Notes under the pieces: generated by a model | Seen by the model: the letters and a program-made list of their open reading frames with translations, nothing else | Told to the model about the DNA's origin: nothing | The model's database searches: none | Translations under genes and position numbers: made by a program | Assembly (NCBI GenBank): GCA_963724295.1 | Contig: CAVRUC010000005.1 | Span: forward strand, 202,492 to 266,491 | Length of the DNA: 64,000 bases | Reading direction: 5' to 3' | Source: an uncultured Chloroflexia bacterium | Lineage (GTDB): Bacteria > Chloroflexota > Chloroflexia > Thermomicrobiales > UBA6265 | Shown here: in pieces, positions 28,774 through 38,301 of the stretch | Numbering within the stretch: position 1 is the stretch's first letter | Layout: each line of letters begins with the position of its first letter

Positions 28774-29970
28774 TCAGTACGCCTGGATCGTCTCCGCCAG
28801 CCTGCGCATCGCCTCGGCGATCCGCTCCTCCGGCTGCGCCGAGAAGTTCAAGCGCATCGAGCGAGTCCAGGAGCGGTCGGGGTAGAACCACGAGCTTGGC
28901 AGGTAGATGACACCGCGGTCGGTCGCATCCGGGAGCATGGCGTCGGTCTCGAACTGGTCGGGCAACGTGACCCACAGAAAGAACCCGCCTCGAGGGGTCG
29001 TCCAGTGAACGCCCGCCGGCATCTCCCGCGCCAGTCCAGCCAGCATGGCATCTCGACGGGCGCGATAGACCTCCTTCGTGGCGGCGATGTGCTCGTCGAG
29101 AAAACCGAGCGCGGAGTGATAGACCGTGCGGGTCATGATCCGCTCGTTGTGAATGTCGGTGCCCTCTTTGACGTTGAAGAACGCCTCGCGCAGCCGTGGC
29201 GATGAGGCGACCCACCCGACGCGCAACCCCGGCGCCAGCACTTTGGAGAATGTGCCGAGGAAGATAACCTCAGGGTCGAGTGACTTCAGCGTCGGTGGCG
29301 GATCCCCGTCATACGAGAGCTCCCCGTACGGGTCGTCCTCGACGATGACCAGACCTCGCTCCCCGGCCAGGTCAACCAGCGCGCGCCGTCGCGCGTTCGA
29401 CATGGAGACACCCATCGGGTTCTGGTAGGTCGGTATCGTGTAGAGAAATTTCGGGCGCCTTGGCAGGTGATCGAGCAGCGTGGCCAGCGCGTCGACCTGG
29501 AGCCCTTCTTCGTCGACGGGCACCCCGACCGGTTCCGCCTCGTGCGAGCGGAAGACGCGCAGGGCGTCCATGAAGGTCGGTTCCTCAGTCAGCACGATAT
29601 CGCCTGGATCGATAAAGATGCGCGCCGCCAGATCGATCCCTTGCTGCGCGCCATTGGTGATCAGGACGTCGGCGGGGTCGACAATCGCTCCCCGGGCCGC
29701 CATCCGCTCCGCGATCAGCTCCCGCAGTGGCCGGTAGCCTTTCACCTCGCCGTAGAGGAGGGTCTCCGCGCCATCGGCCCAGGCGCGGTCAGCCCCTTCG
29801 CGCAGTCGGGCCACCGGAATGGCTTCAGTTGGCGGCACGCCGCCGCCAAAGAAGACCGCCTCCGGGTTCCGTTCCGCCATCCGGTCGACCCACGGCCAGA
29901 CCGAGGCCGCAAATGGCTCGATCCTCCGGGAAGTCTCCGCGCTTTGCTGCCCTTGCACAGTACCGGTCAC
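28774..29970 (-). CDS. fold-type I PLP aminotransferase, 2-aminoadipate/aromatic (LysN/KAT-II-like) subgroup
   Basis: YGEVKGYRPLRELIA...ITNGAQQGIDL...YTIPTYQNPMGVSM...GTFSKVLAPGLRVGW (PLP lysine) is typical of this subgroup. Confidence 0.75.
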   Translation of the reverse strand: MTGTVQGQQSAETSRRIEPFAASVWPWVDRMAERNPEAVFFGGGVPPTEAIPVARLREGADRAWADGAETLLYGEVKGYRPLRELIAERMAARGAIVDPADVLITNGAQQGIDLAARIFIDPGDIVLTEEPTFMDALRVFRSHEAEPVGVPVDEEGLQVDALATLLDHLPRRPKFLYTIPTYQNPMGVSMSNARRRALVDLAGERGLVIVEDDPYGELSYDGDPPPTLKSLDPEVIFLGTFSKVLAPGLRVGWVASSPRLREAFFNVKEGTDIHNERIMTRTVYHSALGFLDEHIAATKEVYRARRDAMLAGLAREMPAGVHWTTPRGGFFLWVTLPDQFETDAMLPDATDRGVIYLPSSWFYPDRSWTRSMRLNFSAQPEERIAEAMRRLAETIQAY

Positions 29971-30770
29971 GCTCGCTGGTCCTCGCCGTCACTCGAGTCG
30001 CTGGAGTCCTCGGGATCAGTCAGCTCGATCTCTAATCGCTTATTGGCCTTCCCCTTGGAGCGGGTCCCGACGACACGCAGTGTTCCGACTTCTCGCGTAT
30101 TGGAGACATGCGTTCCACCGTCCGCCTGCAGATCGAGCCCGACGATCTCGACCGTCCGCACCTCTGGGATCCCCTCTGGTAGCAGGTTGATCTTGGTCCG
30201 GATCAGATCCGGGATCTGGAATGCTTCGTCGCGAGGCAAGATTTGAACGCGCACGTCCCTGCCGGCCCGCAGCTCCTCATTCGCACTGCGCTCGATCTCC
30301 GCCACCCGCGCCGGGGTAAAGTCGGCGGAATCCATCTCGAAATCCATCCGCGCCCGGTCCGGTCCCATATTGCCCCCGGTGACGAGCGCGCTGTAGTCGC
30401 GGAAGACAACCCCGCACAGGACGTGCAACGCGGTGTGCATGCGCATGAGCCGATGGCGTCGCTCCCAATCAAGCTCGACCCGCACGCGATCCCCCGCGTC
30501 CGGCAGTGGTTCATCGCCGCCGGCTTCGTGCCAGACGACGCCTCCACTCTTGCTCGCCGAGACCAACGGCCATTGCAGGCCATCCGCGATGCGTGTCAGC
30601 GTCCCTTCATCGGTCGGCTGCCCGCCCCCACCGGGGAACACGATCGTCTTGTTGAGCGCGACCAGCCGGGACTCAGGCTCGACGCCGACCACTGTCGCCT
30701 CCACCAAGCGCAGCCCGCTGTCACGCTGATAGAGCAGCTCCGTATCGGGCAGCGCGCGATCGTCGTTCAT
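29967..30770 (-). CDS. AlaX-type alanyl-tRNA editing protein
   Basis: Zinc and editing motifs HTALHVL and ADGGTHVSNTREVG are present. It overlaps the aminotransferase gene by ATGA. Confidence 0.8.
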   Translation of the reverse strand: MNDDRALPDTELLYQRDSGLRLVEATVVGVEPESRLVALNKTIVFPGGGGQPTDEGTLTRIADGLQWPLVSASKSGGVVWHEAGGDEPLPDAGDRVRVELDWERRHRLMRMHTALHVLCGVVFRDYSALVTGGNMGPDRARMDFEMDSADFTPARVAEIERSANEELRAGRDVRVQILPRDEAFQIPDLIRTKINLLPEGIPEVRTVEIVGLDLQADGGTHVSNTREVGTLRVVGTRSKGKANKRLEIELTDPEDSSDSSDGEDQRA

Positions 30771-30873
30771 TTCTCGTCCCGTTGACGTCAGTTGACCTGT
30801 TTGGCGTGGCCGCGATCACAATTGTCCCTTGAGTTGGCCGGTTGCGCTACATCGGTCACCTGCTTGCCCCAAC

Positions 30874-31050
30874 GTCACCCGCTTGATATGATCGCCTCAG
30901 CATGTACGTACACCCCCGTGAGTACCGCCCCGCTCGTGAAATCTCATCGGCTGATGAAGGTAGGGGCGGCGAATGGAACGGTCACTCCGTGTCTCTGGCG
31001 AGCACGCGCGCTTGGACTCGCACTCGACGGTCAGCAGCGCCGACGCGGTG
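30874..31050 (+). promoter_or_regulatory. candidate structured 5' leader with partial ydaO (c-di-AMP) riboswitch resemblance
   Basis: GUGAAAUC, then hairpin UCAUC-GGCU-GAUGA, then AGGUAGGGGCGGCGAAUGG (30945-30978) parallels, by recollection, the B. subtilis ydaO second half GGUGAAUC-hairpin-AGGUAGGGCGAAUGC. The 3' CGACGGUCAGCAGCGCCGACGCGG resembles CCGUCAGCUAACCUCGUAAGCG. The first-half consensus (ACGGGGGA..CCC) is NOT recognisable. Confidence 0.3.
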
Positions 31051-31327
31051 TCGCGACAATCGGTGCTGGCGACGGCGGTCGGCGCGTCATACGCCTTCGA
31101 TCCCGGAGTTGACGGTCTGGCCAGCATCTATGCCGCTCGCGTGCTGGAACGGGGGATCGATCCCCGCGCCCTCTGCGCCGACATCCGCGCCGACCGCCAG
31201 GGACTTGTCGATCGGGGACCGCAACGGCGAGCACTAATGGCACGGACCCGCACGTCACGCTTCGGTCGCGGCACAGCCGTGCACCTGCGCTTCCAGGTCT
31301 CCGCAAAGCGAACCGTCCCGAGCGACC

Positions 31328-32554
31328 GTGACAGCCCCCCGGAAGCGAGGAGACCAACCTGCCAGACCGCGCCCTCGGTTTCAGTTCAACGTGTCGCGCA
31401 AGCTCGCCGCCGCGGCGGGTGTCGCCGCCCTCCTCTTGCTCCCGCTCGGCGTCATCGTCGCCAATGCCCAGGACACTACGCTGCAGTCTCGCTACGTCGT
31501 CGAGCCAGGCGATACGCTGGACAGCGTCGCCGCGGAGTTCGGAGTCGATCCGGCGGCGATTCTCGCGGCCAGTGCCGTCGAGAACCCTCCTTCGCTCGCC
31601 CCCTCCGAGATCATCGTCATTCCGGACCCGAACGAATCTCCCGAGGCAGCCGCCTGGAACGCGAGCCAGCAGGAAGGCGCCAGCCCGTTCGTCACCGGCG
31701 CCCATGACGTCGCGCCCGGCGAGACGCTCGCCGAGATCGCCGCCGGCTATGGTCTCGATCCCTGGGCACTGGCGACGTTCAACGGGCTGGCCGACATCGA
31801 CACCCTGCACGCGGGTCAGCGGCTCCGCATTCCCGTCACCGACACCGCTATCGACCCGGCCGCTGGAGAGCTGACTGTTTCATCGTCAGTGGAACCGGTC
31901 GCCGAGACCGCGGAAACCTGGGTCGACACTGGCGCCTGGGCTGAAGAAGCGCAGTGGGCGCCCGAGGCTGCCGGCGGACTCGACGCCGGCTGGGAGGAGC
32001 CAGTCAGTGGCCCGGTCTTCGCCGCCGACGTCCCCGCTTACTTCCAGATGTACTCGCTTTCCTGCGAATACGCCGCCGCCTACATCGCCACCTCCGCTTT
32101 CGGCTGGGGCGTCCCGGAATCGGCGTTCATCGAGCGGATAGGCATATCCGCAAATCCGCACTGGGGATACCGTGGCAATATTCACGGAGCCTGGGGCGGC
32201 AGCGACGACTACGGCGTTTATCCGGAGGCGCTTGCGCCGACGCTCAACGAATTCGGATTCATCGCCGACGTCTTCTACGGCGGCGACGCGGCCTCGCTCA
32301 CCGCGCGCATCGACGCCGGGATGCCGGTCATGACCTGGCTGGGCTACTTCGGCGACACCGCCTGGGTGCAGGAGGACGAAGGCGCTTACCTGCTCGCCCC
32401 TGGACTGCACGTCGTCACCGTCTACGGCTACGACGACGGTGGCGTCTATGTCTCGAACCCCGGCCGCGGCAATTTCGACTACTACGCCTGGGGCGATTTT
32501 CTCAGTATGTGGAGCGTCCTCGACGGCATGGCCCTGGGTGTAGCCCCGCTCTAG
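31328..32554 (+). CDS. secreted/anchored protein with two LysM domains and a C39-like (papain-fold) peptidase domain
   Basis: An N-terminal hydrophobic anchor is present. The LysM repeats are YVVEPGDTLDSVAAEFGV and HDVAPGETLAEIAAGYGL. The C-terminal region YSLSCEYAAAY...HVVTVYGYDD is peptidase_C39-like. The start is GTG with a weak SD. Confidence 0.75.
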   Translation: MTAPRKRGDQPARPRPRFQFNVSRKLAAAAGVAALLLLPLGVIVANAQDTTLQSRYVVEPGDTLDSVAAEFGVDPAAILAASAVENPPSLAPSEIIVIPDPNESPEAAAWNASQQEGASPFVTGAHDVAPGETLAEIAAGYGLDPWALATFNGLADIDTLHAGQRLRIPVTDTAIDPAAGELTVSSSVEPVAETAETWVDTGAWAEEAQWAPEAAGGLDAGWEEPVSGPVFAADVPAYFQMYSLSCEYAAAYIATSAFGWGVPESAFIERIGISANPHWGYRGNIHGAWGGSDDYGVYPEALAPTLNEFGFIADVFYGGDAASLTARIDAGMPVMTWLGYFGDTAWVQEDEGAYLLAPGLHVVTVYGYDDGGVYVSNPGRGNFDYYAWGDFLSMWSVLDGMALGVAPL

Positions 32555-32641
32555 CCACAGCAGCGTCGCCGACGGAGACCATTCTGCCGGACCAACCGGG
32601 AGTCACCTATACTCTCTCCAGCATCACCCTGGAGCCGCGAC

Positions 32642-33448
32642 ATGCTTCATCTTGCCCCCATGCTGGATCTGCGTCCGCCGGGCGACGCCGTTCATGCGTA
32701 CCTCACGCTCCCGGCCCAGGCCATCCGCCCACTGGAATCCGCGGTTAGCGCGCTTGCCGATCCGAACGTGGCCTATCTTCTACTCGTGCTCGGGTTCCTC
32801 GGACTCTTTCTCGAGCTCTCAAGCCCTGGCGCGTCGATACCTGGAGCAATCGGCGTCATCAGCCTCATTCTGGCCGCGATCGGGCTCTCGCAGCTCCCTT
32901 TCGACTGGCGAGGAGCATTGTTGATTCTGGTCGCGTTTCTGCTCTTTTTCGCCGACGTCTTCGTACCTTCGCTGGGTCTGCTGACCCTGTCGGGGCTGGC
33001 ATTGCTCGTGGCAGGATCGTACGTGTTATTCGATGAAACACAAGGCGTCTTCGTCAACCGGCAGCTGATCTGGGCGATAGCGGCCAGCTTGGTCGTTATG
33101 TTTGTCGTCATCGGCGGATTCGCGCTATCGGTCTGGCGTCGCAAACCAACCACCGGCCGCGAGGGCTTGGTCGGCGCGGTTGGCACCGTACGGAAGCCTC
33201 TCGATCCAGATGGCGTCGTCTTCGTCGCCGGCGAACTGTGGCAAGCAACTGCCGCCAGCGACAGCGACGCGGCCGCGCCGCCCATCCCGGAGCGCGTACC
33301 GGTGACCGTGACTGCTGTGGACGGTCTCAGACTCCTCGTGCGTCGCGCCACCGCCGTCGAAGTTGAAGCCGCCGGCGTCGCGGTGATGGGAGACTTGCGT
33401 CCGGCAACGAGCCAGGAGGCGGCGCTCTCGCTCGTCGACACACCGTGA
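32642..33448 (+). CDS. NfeD-family membrane protein (short form, no protease domain)
   Basis: It has multi-TM segments plus a C-terminal OB-like [28 protein letters not shown]. It sits upstream of a stomatin gene, the usual pairing. Confidence 0.8.
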   Translation: MLHLAPMLDLRPPGDAVHAYLTLPAQAIRPLESAVSALADPNVAYLLLVLGFLGLFLELSSPGASIPGAIGVISLILAAIGLSQLPFDWRGALLILVAFLLFFADVFVPSLGLLTLSGLALLVAGSYVLFDETQGVFVNRQLIWAIAASLVVMFVVIGGFALSVWRRKPTTGREGLVGAVGTVRKPLDPDGVVFVAGELWQATAASDSDAAAPPIPERVPVTVTAVDGLRLLVRRATAVEVEAAGVAVMGDLRPATSQEAALSLVDTP

Positions 33449-33503
33449 AGACCCCTGCGATTTGCTACTGGGGGCGTTCGACATTCTAGTGGGAGTAGAG
33501 AGC

Positions 33504-34310
33504 ATGGAATGGTCCTGGTTCGTCGTCGTGGCAGTTCTGCTCATCATCCTGGTTGTCCTGGCCGCGACCATCAAGATCGTCAAGGAGTACGAGCGCGGCG
33601 TCGTCTTTCGCCTTGGCCGGCTAGTCGGTCCTCGCGGTCCGGGCCTCATCTTGCTGGTGCCATTCATCGAGCGCATGCAGAAGATCGACCTTCGCACGGT
33701 CACGCTCGATGTCCCGGCCCAGGAAGTCATCACCCGTGACAACGTCACCGTGCGAGTCAATGCGGTCGCCTATTTCCGCGTCCTCGACCCCAATGCCGCC
33801 ATCGTCAACGTGACCGACTACAACCGCGCCACATCCCAGATCGCGCAGACGACGCTGCGCTCGGTGCTTGGTCAGTCGACGCTGGACGACCTGCTATCGG
33901 AGCGGGACAAGATCAACGAGCAGCTGCAACGCATCATCGACGAGCAGACCGAGCCGTGGGGCGTCAAGGTCAGCATCGTCGAGGTCAAGGACGTCGAGCT
34001 GCCGCAGACCATGCAGCGGGCCATGGCACGTCAGGCCGAGGCCGAGCGCGAGAAACGGGCCAAGGTGATCCATGCTGAGGGTGAGCTGGAGGCAAGTCAG
34101 AAATTGGCTCAGGCGGCAGTTGTCATCGACCAGAATCCGCTCGGCATCCAGCTTCGCTACCTGCAGACGCTGACCGAGATCGGTGCCGAGAAGAACACCA
34201 CGGTCGTCTTTCCGCTGCCGATCGACCTCATTGGCGGTCTCTTCCAACGCTCCAATGGGCCCGAGCCAGCGCCAATCGCCGGCAAGTCCGACGAAGTTGC
34301 ACTTGGCTAG
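33504..34310 (+). CDS. SPFH/band-7 (stomatin-like) protein
   Basis: [16 protein letters not shown]...[15 protein letters not shown]...[17 protein letters not shown] are stomatin hallmarks. Confidence 0.9.
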   Translation: MEWSWFVVVAVLLIILVVLAATIKIVKEYERGVVFRLGRLVGPRGPGLILLVPFIERMQKIDLRTVTLDVPAQEVITRDNVTVRVNAVAYFRVLDPNAAIVNVTDYNRATSQIAQTTLRSVLGQSTLDDLLSERDKINEQLQRIIDEQTEPWGVKVSIVEVKDVELPQTMQRAMARQAEAEREKRAKVIHAEGELEASQKLAQAAVVIDQNPLGIQLRYLQTLTEIGAEKNTTVVFPLPIDLIGGLFQRSNGPEPAPIAGKSDEVALG

Positions 34311-34458
34311 AACGGGCCTCTGATCCGGGGCGCGCCTCCAGACTGAGCGGTCGAGGCTGCTTGCCGTTCAGGCAGCCTTCTCTCGGGCACCGCACCGACG
34401 AGCAAGCATGGCGCAGATGTACCTGCAACTCTGCGCTTTCTTGGGAGGATGAAGGCCC

Positions 34459-35263
34459 ATGCCCTACGCCAGCAATGAAGGCGTCCGCATCCACTATGAG
34501 GTGGAAGGAAGCGGTCCACCGCTGTTCCTCCACGTCGGCTTCCTTGGAACTCTCGAAGACTGGCGCCGCGAGGACACTCGCTACGTCGAGGCGCTGCGTG
34601 ACGCCTATCGCCTCCTCCTCCTCGACCCCCGCGGCCAGGGCCGCAGCGACGCGCCGCACGATCCCTCGGCCTACACGCTCGAGCAGCGGGTGGGCGATGT
34701 GCTGGCGGTCCTCGACGCTGAGGGCATCGAACGCACGCACTACTGGGGTTACTCGATGGGCGGTTGGGTCGGCTTTGGGCTCGGCACGCCAGGCTCCTGA
34801 CCGGGTCGTCTCGTTGGTGCTGGGCGGGGCTGATCCATTTGAGCAAGGCACTGGACCCATCGAGGACGATGCCTGGCTGCGCCTCTTCCGCCAGGGCATG
34901 CCGGCCTTTGTCGCCGATTGGGAGAGGCACGATCCGAATATGGCCGCGATCATGCGGGAACGGTGGCTGGCTCTTGATGCCCAGGCGATGGCCGCCGCGC
35001 AGGAAGCCGGTCTCAATGCGCCGAGTCTTGAAGACGCACTCCCCGCCATCGAGACACCGACGCTGATCTACTTCGGTACGGACGACTACCCCGACCGGCT
35101 GCCGGAGCGAGCCGCCGCGAAGATGCCAAACGCGACCGTCGTGGCGCTCGAAGGGCTGAACCACTCCCAGGCAATCCGACGCAGCGACCTCGTCTTGCCC
35201 CACGTTGAGGCATTCCTCGACCGGGTCACTGGTACTACAGTGGAACGTGCCGGCCCCAAATAG
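34459..35263 (+). pseudogene. alpha/beta-hydrolase, interrupted by a frameshift near 34780-34790
   Basis: The N-terminal part lies in frame 1 (HVGFLG...GYSMGGWVGFGLG then a stop at 34800). The continuation ARQAPDRVVSLVLGG...EGLNHSQA lies in frame 2 (track ORF 34361..35263). Joined, they give a normal hydrolase of about 268 aa. Confidence 0.7.
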
Positions 35264-35698
35264 AGCCAATTCGAGCGACAGAATCGCCTCTCTTCGGCCA
35301 CATGGCACGAGAACCCGGGAAGATCCCTTGTGCGACGTGCAACTGCGCTGAGCGACACGACGTCTAATTCCTGCTAGGGCAGCCCCTATGGCCCGCAGGA
35401 GTTCCCCGCCTGAGCTCGTGACGGTAAGAGGTAAACGGATCCGGGCGTGCAATCCGCGCCCGCACCTGGCAGGTGTCACGCGGAGCGAGTCCAAATCGTC
35501 TCCTGATTGACGGAATCGGTTCATGCGTTGCTGGCGAACTGACGTGACCGCCAGCCAGCCACGAACCGGATCGACCGATCGAATCGCTGGAGGCGAATAA
35601 TGGTGTCCATCGATCCTCAGACAGGATCTCGTCTCGATGACAGTTGGCGTGACCTGCCAGGATCCAGACCATCACGTCGTGCCCGCGTGGAGTTCGAT

Positions 35699-36604
35699 AT
35701 GACCGCAAGTGAGCCCTTTCTCGAGCATCGTTCGCTCCTCTTCGCCATCGCCTATCGCATGCTCGGCAGCGTGGCCGACGCCGAGGATGCAGTCCAGGAG
35801 ACCTACCTTCGCTGGAGCCGCACGACGGGGCAGGGCGAAGAGATCCACTCTCCCAAGGCGTGGTTGACCACCACCATCAGCCGCGTCTGCCTCGATCAGC
35901 TCGGCTCGGCCCGGGTGAAGAGGGAGCAATATGTCGGGCCCTGGCTGCCCGAGCCTCTGGCCGGTGTGACACCCGATGTCGCCGAGACCGTCGCCGATTT
36001 CGACTCGCTCTCGATCGCCTTCCTGGTGCTCCTGGAGTCGCTCTCGCCCAAGGAGCGAGCCGTCTTCCTCCTGCACGACGTGTTCGGCTATGACTTCGCC
36101 TCGATCGGCGAGATCGTCGGCGAGAGCGACGCCTATTGCCGGCAGCTCGCCAAACGCGCCCGGGCGCACATGGTCGAACGTCGTCCGCGTTTCGCGGCCG
36201 ATCGCGCCCAGCAGGAGCGGCTCACGACTGGCTTCCTGCGCGCCGTATCTGAAGGTGACATGCCGGCCCTCATCGAGACTCTGACCGACGACGTGGTCGT
36301 CTTCTCGGACGGAGGCGGCAAGGTCAACGCGGCTCGTAAACCGGTTATCGGTCGCGACAAGGTGGCTCAGTTCTTGACCAACCTCGCGCGCCTCGCACCG
36401 GAGGGGACCAGCTTCCGCACCGAGACGATCAATGGTCAGCCGGGAATCGTGACCCTCATCGACGGTGTGCTGCAAAACGTCGTGACGTTCGATTTCGCCG
36501 ATTCCGCCATCAGAACCGTCTACATCGTCGTCAACCCCGAAAAGCTGGTCCCCGTCGCCTCGGCCTTGTCCGGCTCCGGGCGAACCGAGGACCAAACACA
36601 TTGA
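35699..36604 (+). CDS. ECF sigma factor with C-terminal SnoaL-like extension (SigJ/ECF41-like)
   Basis: The sigma-2 region LLFAIAYRMLGSVADAEDAVQETYLRW, a sigma-4 region and a C-terminal extension of about 100 aa are present. The start is ATG 35699. Confidence 0.8.
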   Translation: MTASEPFLEHRSLLFAIAYRMLGSVADAEDAVQETYLRWSRTTGQGEEIHSPKAWLTTTISRVCLDQLGSARVKREQYVGPWLPEPLAGVTPDVAETVADFDSLSIAFLVLLESLSPKERAVFLLHDVFGYDFASIGEIVGESDAYCRQLAKRARAHMVERRPRFAADRAQQERLTTGFLRAVSEGDMPALIETLTDDVVVFSDGGGKVNAARKPVIGRDKVAQFLTNLARLAPEGTSFRTETINGQPGIVTLIDGVLQNVVTFDFADSAIRTVYIVVNPEKLVPVASALSGSGRTEDQTH

Positions 36605-36639
36605 CGTCGTCGATCTCGGCGATTGGAAAGGAGATCCCA

Positions 36640-38073
36640 ATGACAACCGTTTTCGTTACCGGCCCAACCGGAGTCCTTGGCCGGGCAACGATCCCGGACT
36701 TGCTCGCTTCCGGGCACACCGTCCGAGCCCTCTCTCGCGGCGAAGCGAGCGATGCCGCTATCCGCGCCCTCGGCGCCGAGCCTGTGCGCGGCGATCTTTT
36801 CGACCCGGACTCGCTGCGGGAAGCGGTTGCTGGCGCGGATGCCGTCCTCCATCTGGCCACGCGGATTCCACCCAGCTCCGAGGTGCGGCATCGCTCTGCC
36901 TGGGCCGAGAACGACCGCATCCGCGCTGAAGGCACGAAGAACCTCGTCGACGCCGCTCTCGCAGCGGACGTCCGGGTATTCGTCTATCCCAGCTTCGCCT
37001 TTGTCTATCCCGATAGCGGCGATGCATGGATCGACGCCGTATCGACGCCGGTCGATCTGACCGATATCCTGCACTCGACGATTGCTGCCGAGGGAGAGGT
37101 TGCGCGCTTCGCCGAAGGCGGCCGGCGCGGAGTTTCGCTGCGGCTGGGTGGCCTTTATGGAATTGACGTCCCCTCGACCACCGAGCAGCTCCAGCTCGCC
37201 CGGCGCGGGTTTTCGATGTTCGGCAGCGCCCCCAAGGCGTTCACTCCGACGCTCTGGATCGGCGACGCCGCCTCGGCTCTCGTCGCCGCGCTAGACCGCG
37301 CTCCGTCCGGCATCTATGACGTCGTTGACGACGAACCTGTCCGGCAGTGGCAGGTCAAAGCCGCTCTCGCTACGGCCGCGGGGCGACGAAGTGTGCTGTC
37401 ACTCCCAGGCTGGCTAACGCAGTTGGTGGCCGGCCCAGCCGCGGAAGTGTTCGGCAGAAGCCTGCGTATCTCCAATCGCCGCTTCCGCGAGGCGACCGGG
37501 TGGGCGCCAGAAGTCCGCAACGCGGTCGAAGGCATGGCGCGAGTAGGCGCCGGGAATCCAGTCACTCCGACATTGCGCGTACCCGCCACCGTCCGTTTGG
37601 GCCTCTGGGCGATGGCGTTCTTCAGCCTCTTCGCGGGGATCCAGCAGCAATTCGCCCCCCGCTCGTTCTTCGACGACTTCCCGGGATTCGGAATGCAATG
37701 GGTCGCGGTCGACGGACCGTACAACGAGCACCTGCTGCGCGATCTGGGTGGCGCGAACCTCGCGCTCGCCGTCGTCATCTTCTTCGCGATCGCCCGGCCC
37801 ACGGCAGGACTCGTTCGCGCGGTCGCGGCGGCGATGCTGGTCGCTCAGGTGCCGCATTTCATCTACCACGCCGCGCACCTCGACATCTTGCCGACGGCGC
37901 TCGATCGCGTTTTGCAAACGGCGTCCCTGGCGATGACCCTGGCAATCCCGCTGCTCGTCCTGCTGCGGGCGGGCGGCATCCGCCAGGAACGCGAGGCGTC
38001 AGCTCAACCAGCTGCAACCGACCATAGGAGAACGTCCCAACAGCGGCCCCTGCTACTCACGTCTACTCGCTGA
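36640..38073 (+). CDS. NAD-dependent epimerase/dehydratase (SDR) fused to a C-terminal multi-TM domain
   Basis: The N-terminal Rossmann sequence is MTTVFVTGPTGVLGRA, preceded by GAAAGGAG SD. The C-terminal roughly 150 aa contains four hydrophobic segments. Confidence 0.75.
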   Translation: MTTVFVTGPTGVLGRATIPDLLASGHTVRALSRGEASDAAIRALGAEPVRGDLFDPDSLREAVAGADAVLHLATRIPPSSEVRHRSAWAENDRIRAEGTKNLVDAALAADVRVFVYPSFAFVYPDSGDAWIDAVSTPVDLTDILHSTIAAEGEVARFAEGGRRGVSLRLGGLYGIDVPSTTEQLQLARRGFSMFGSAPKAFTPTLWIGDAASALVAALDRAPSGIYDVVDDEPVRQWQVKAALATAAGRRSVLSLPGWLTQLVAGPAAEVFGRSLRISNRRFREATGWAPEVRNAVEGMARVGAGNPVTPTLRVPATVRLGLWAMAFFSLFAGIQQQFAPRSFFDDFPGFGMQWVAVDGPYNEHLLRDLGGANLALAVVIFFAIARPTAGLVRAVAAAMLVAQVPHFIYHAAHLDILPTALDRVLQTASLAMTLAIPLLVLLRAGGIRQEREASAQPAATDHRRTSQQRPLLLTSTR

Positions 38074-38101
38074 CGCGTTCAACGGGTTCTCAAGAGGCCA
38101 T

Positions 38102-38196
38102 GTGTCACTCTGAACGCAGTGAACTTGCAGAATCTCGGCGCCGCCGTATTAGCAAGTGGATGCCGAGATTCTTCGCCTGCGGGCTCTGAACGACAC
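38102..38196. repeat. 95-bp palindromic intergenic element (GTGTCACTCTGAACGCAG ... CTGCGGGCTCTGAACGACAC)
   Basis: It has terminal inverted repeats plus an inner inverted repeat, CAGAATCTCGGC/GCCGAGATTCTTCG. Confidence 0.7.
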
Positions 38197-38301
38197 CGAC
38201 TTTGGCTCGCTGCCCTCAACAGCCCTTTCCGTCCTCCGCGACCGATCAGACATACAATCGTTTCATTCGAAACGAGCCCGTAATGCGGAGGATGCGACTG
38301 C

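Noticed and set aside
30973-31707. 244-aa plus-strand ORF spanning the LysM-gene leader
   Set aside because: Its first roughly 85 codons have some coding-like bias. But the frame then runs out of phase through the well-supported LysM gene with Arg-rich nonsense, and no motif is recognised. The 5' part overlaps the candidate structured leader.
34228-35524. Two long minus-strand ORFs (273 and 405 aa)
   Set aside because: They are antisense shadows of the alpha/beta-hydrolase gene and its flanks. Their compositions are Arg/Ser/Ala-rich without domains.
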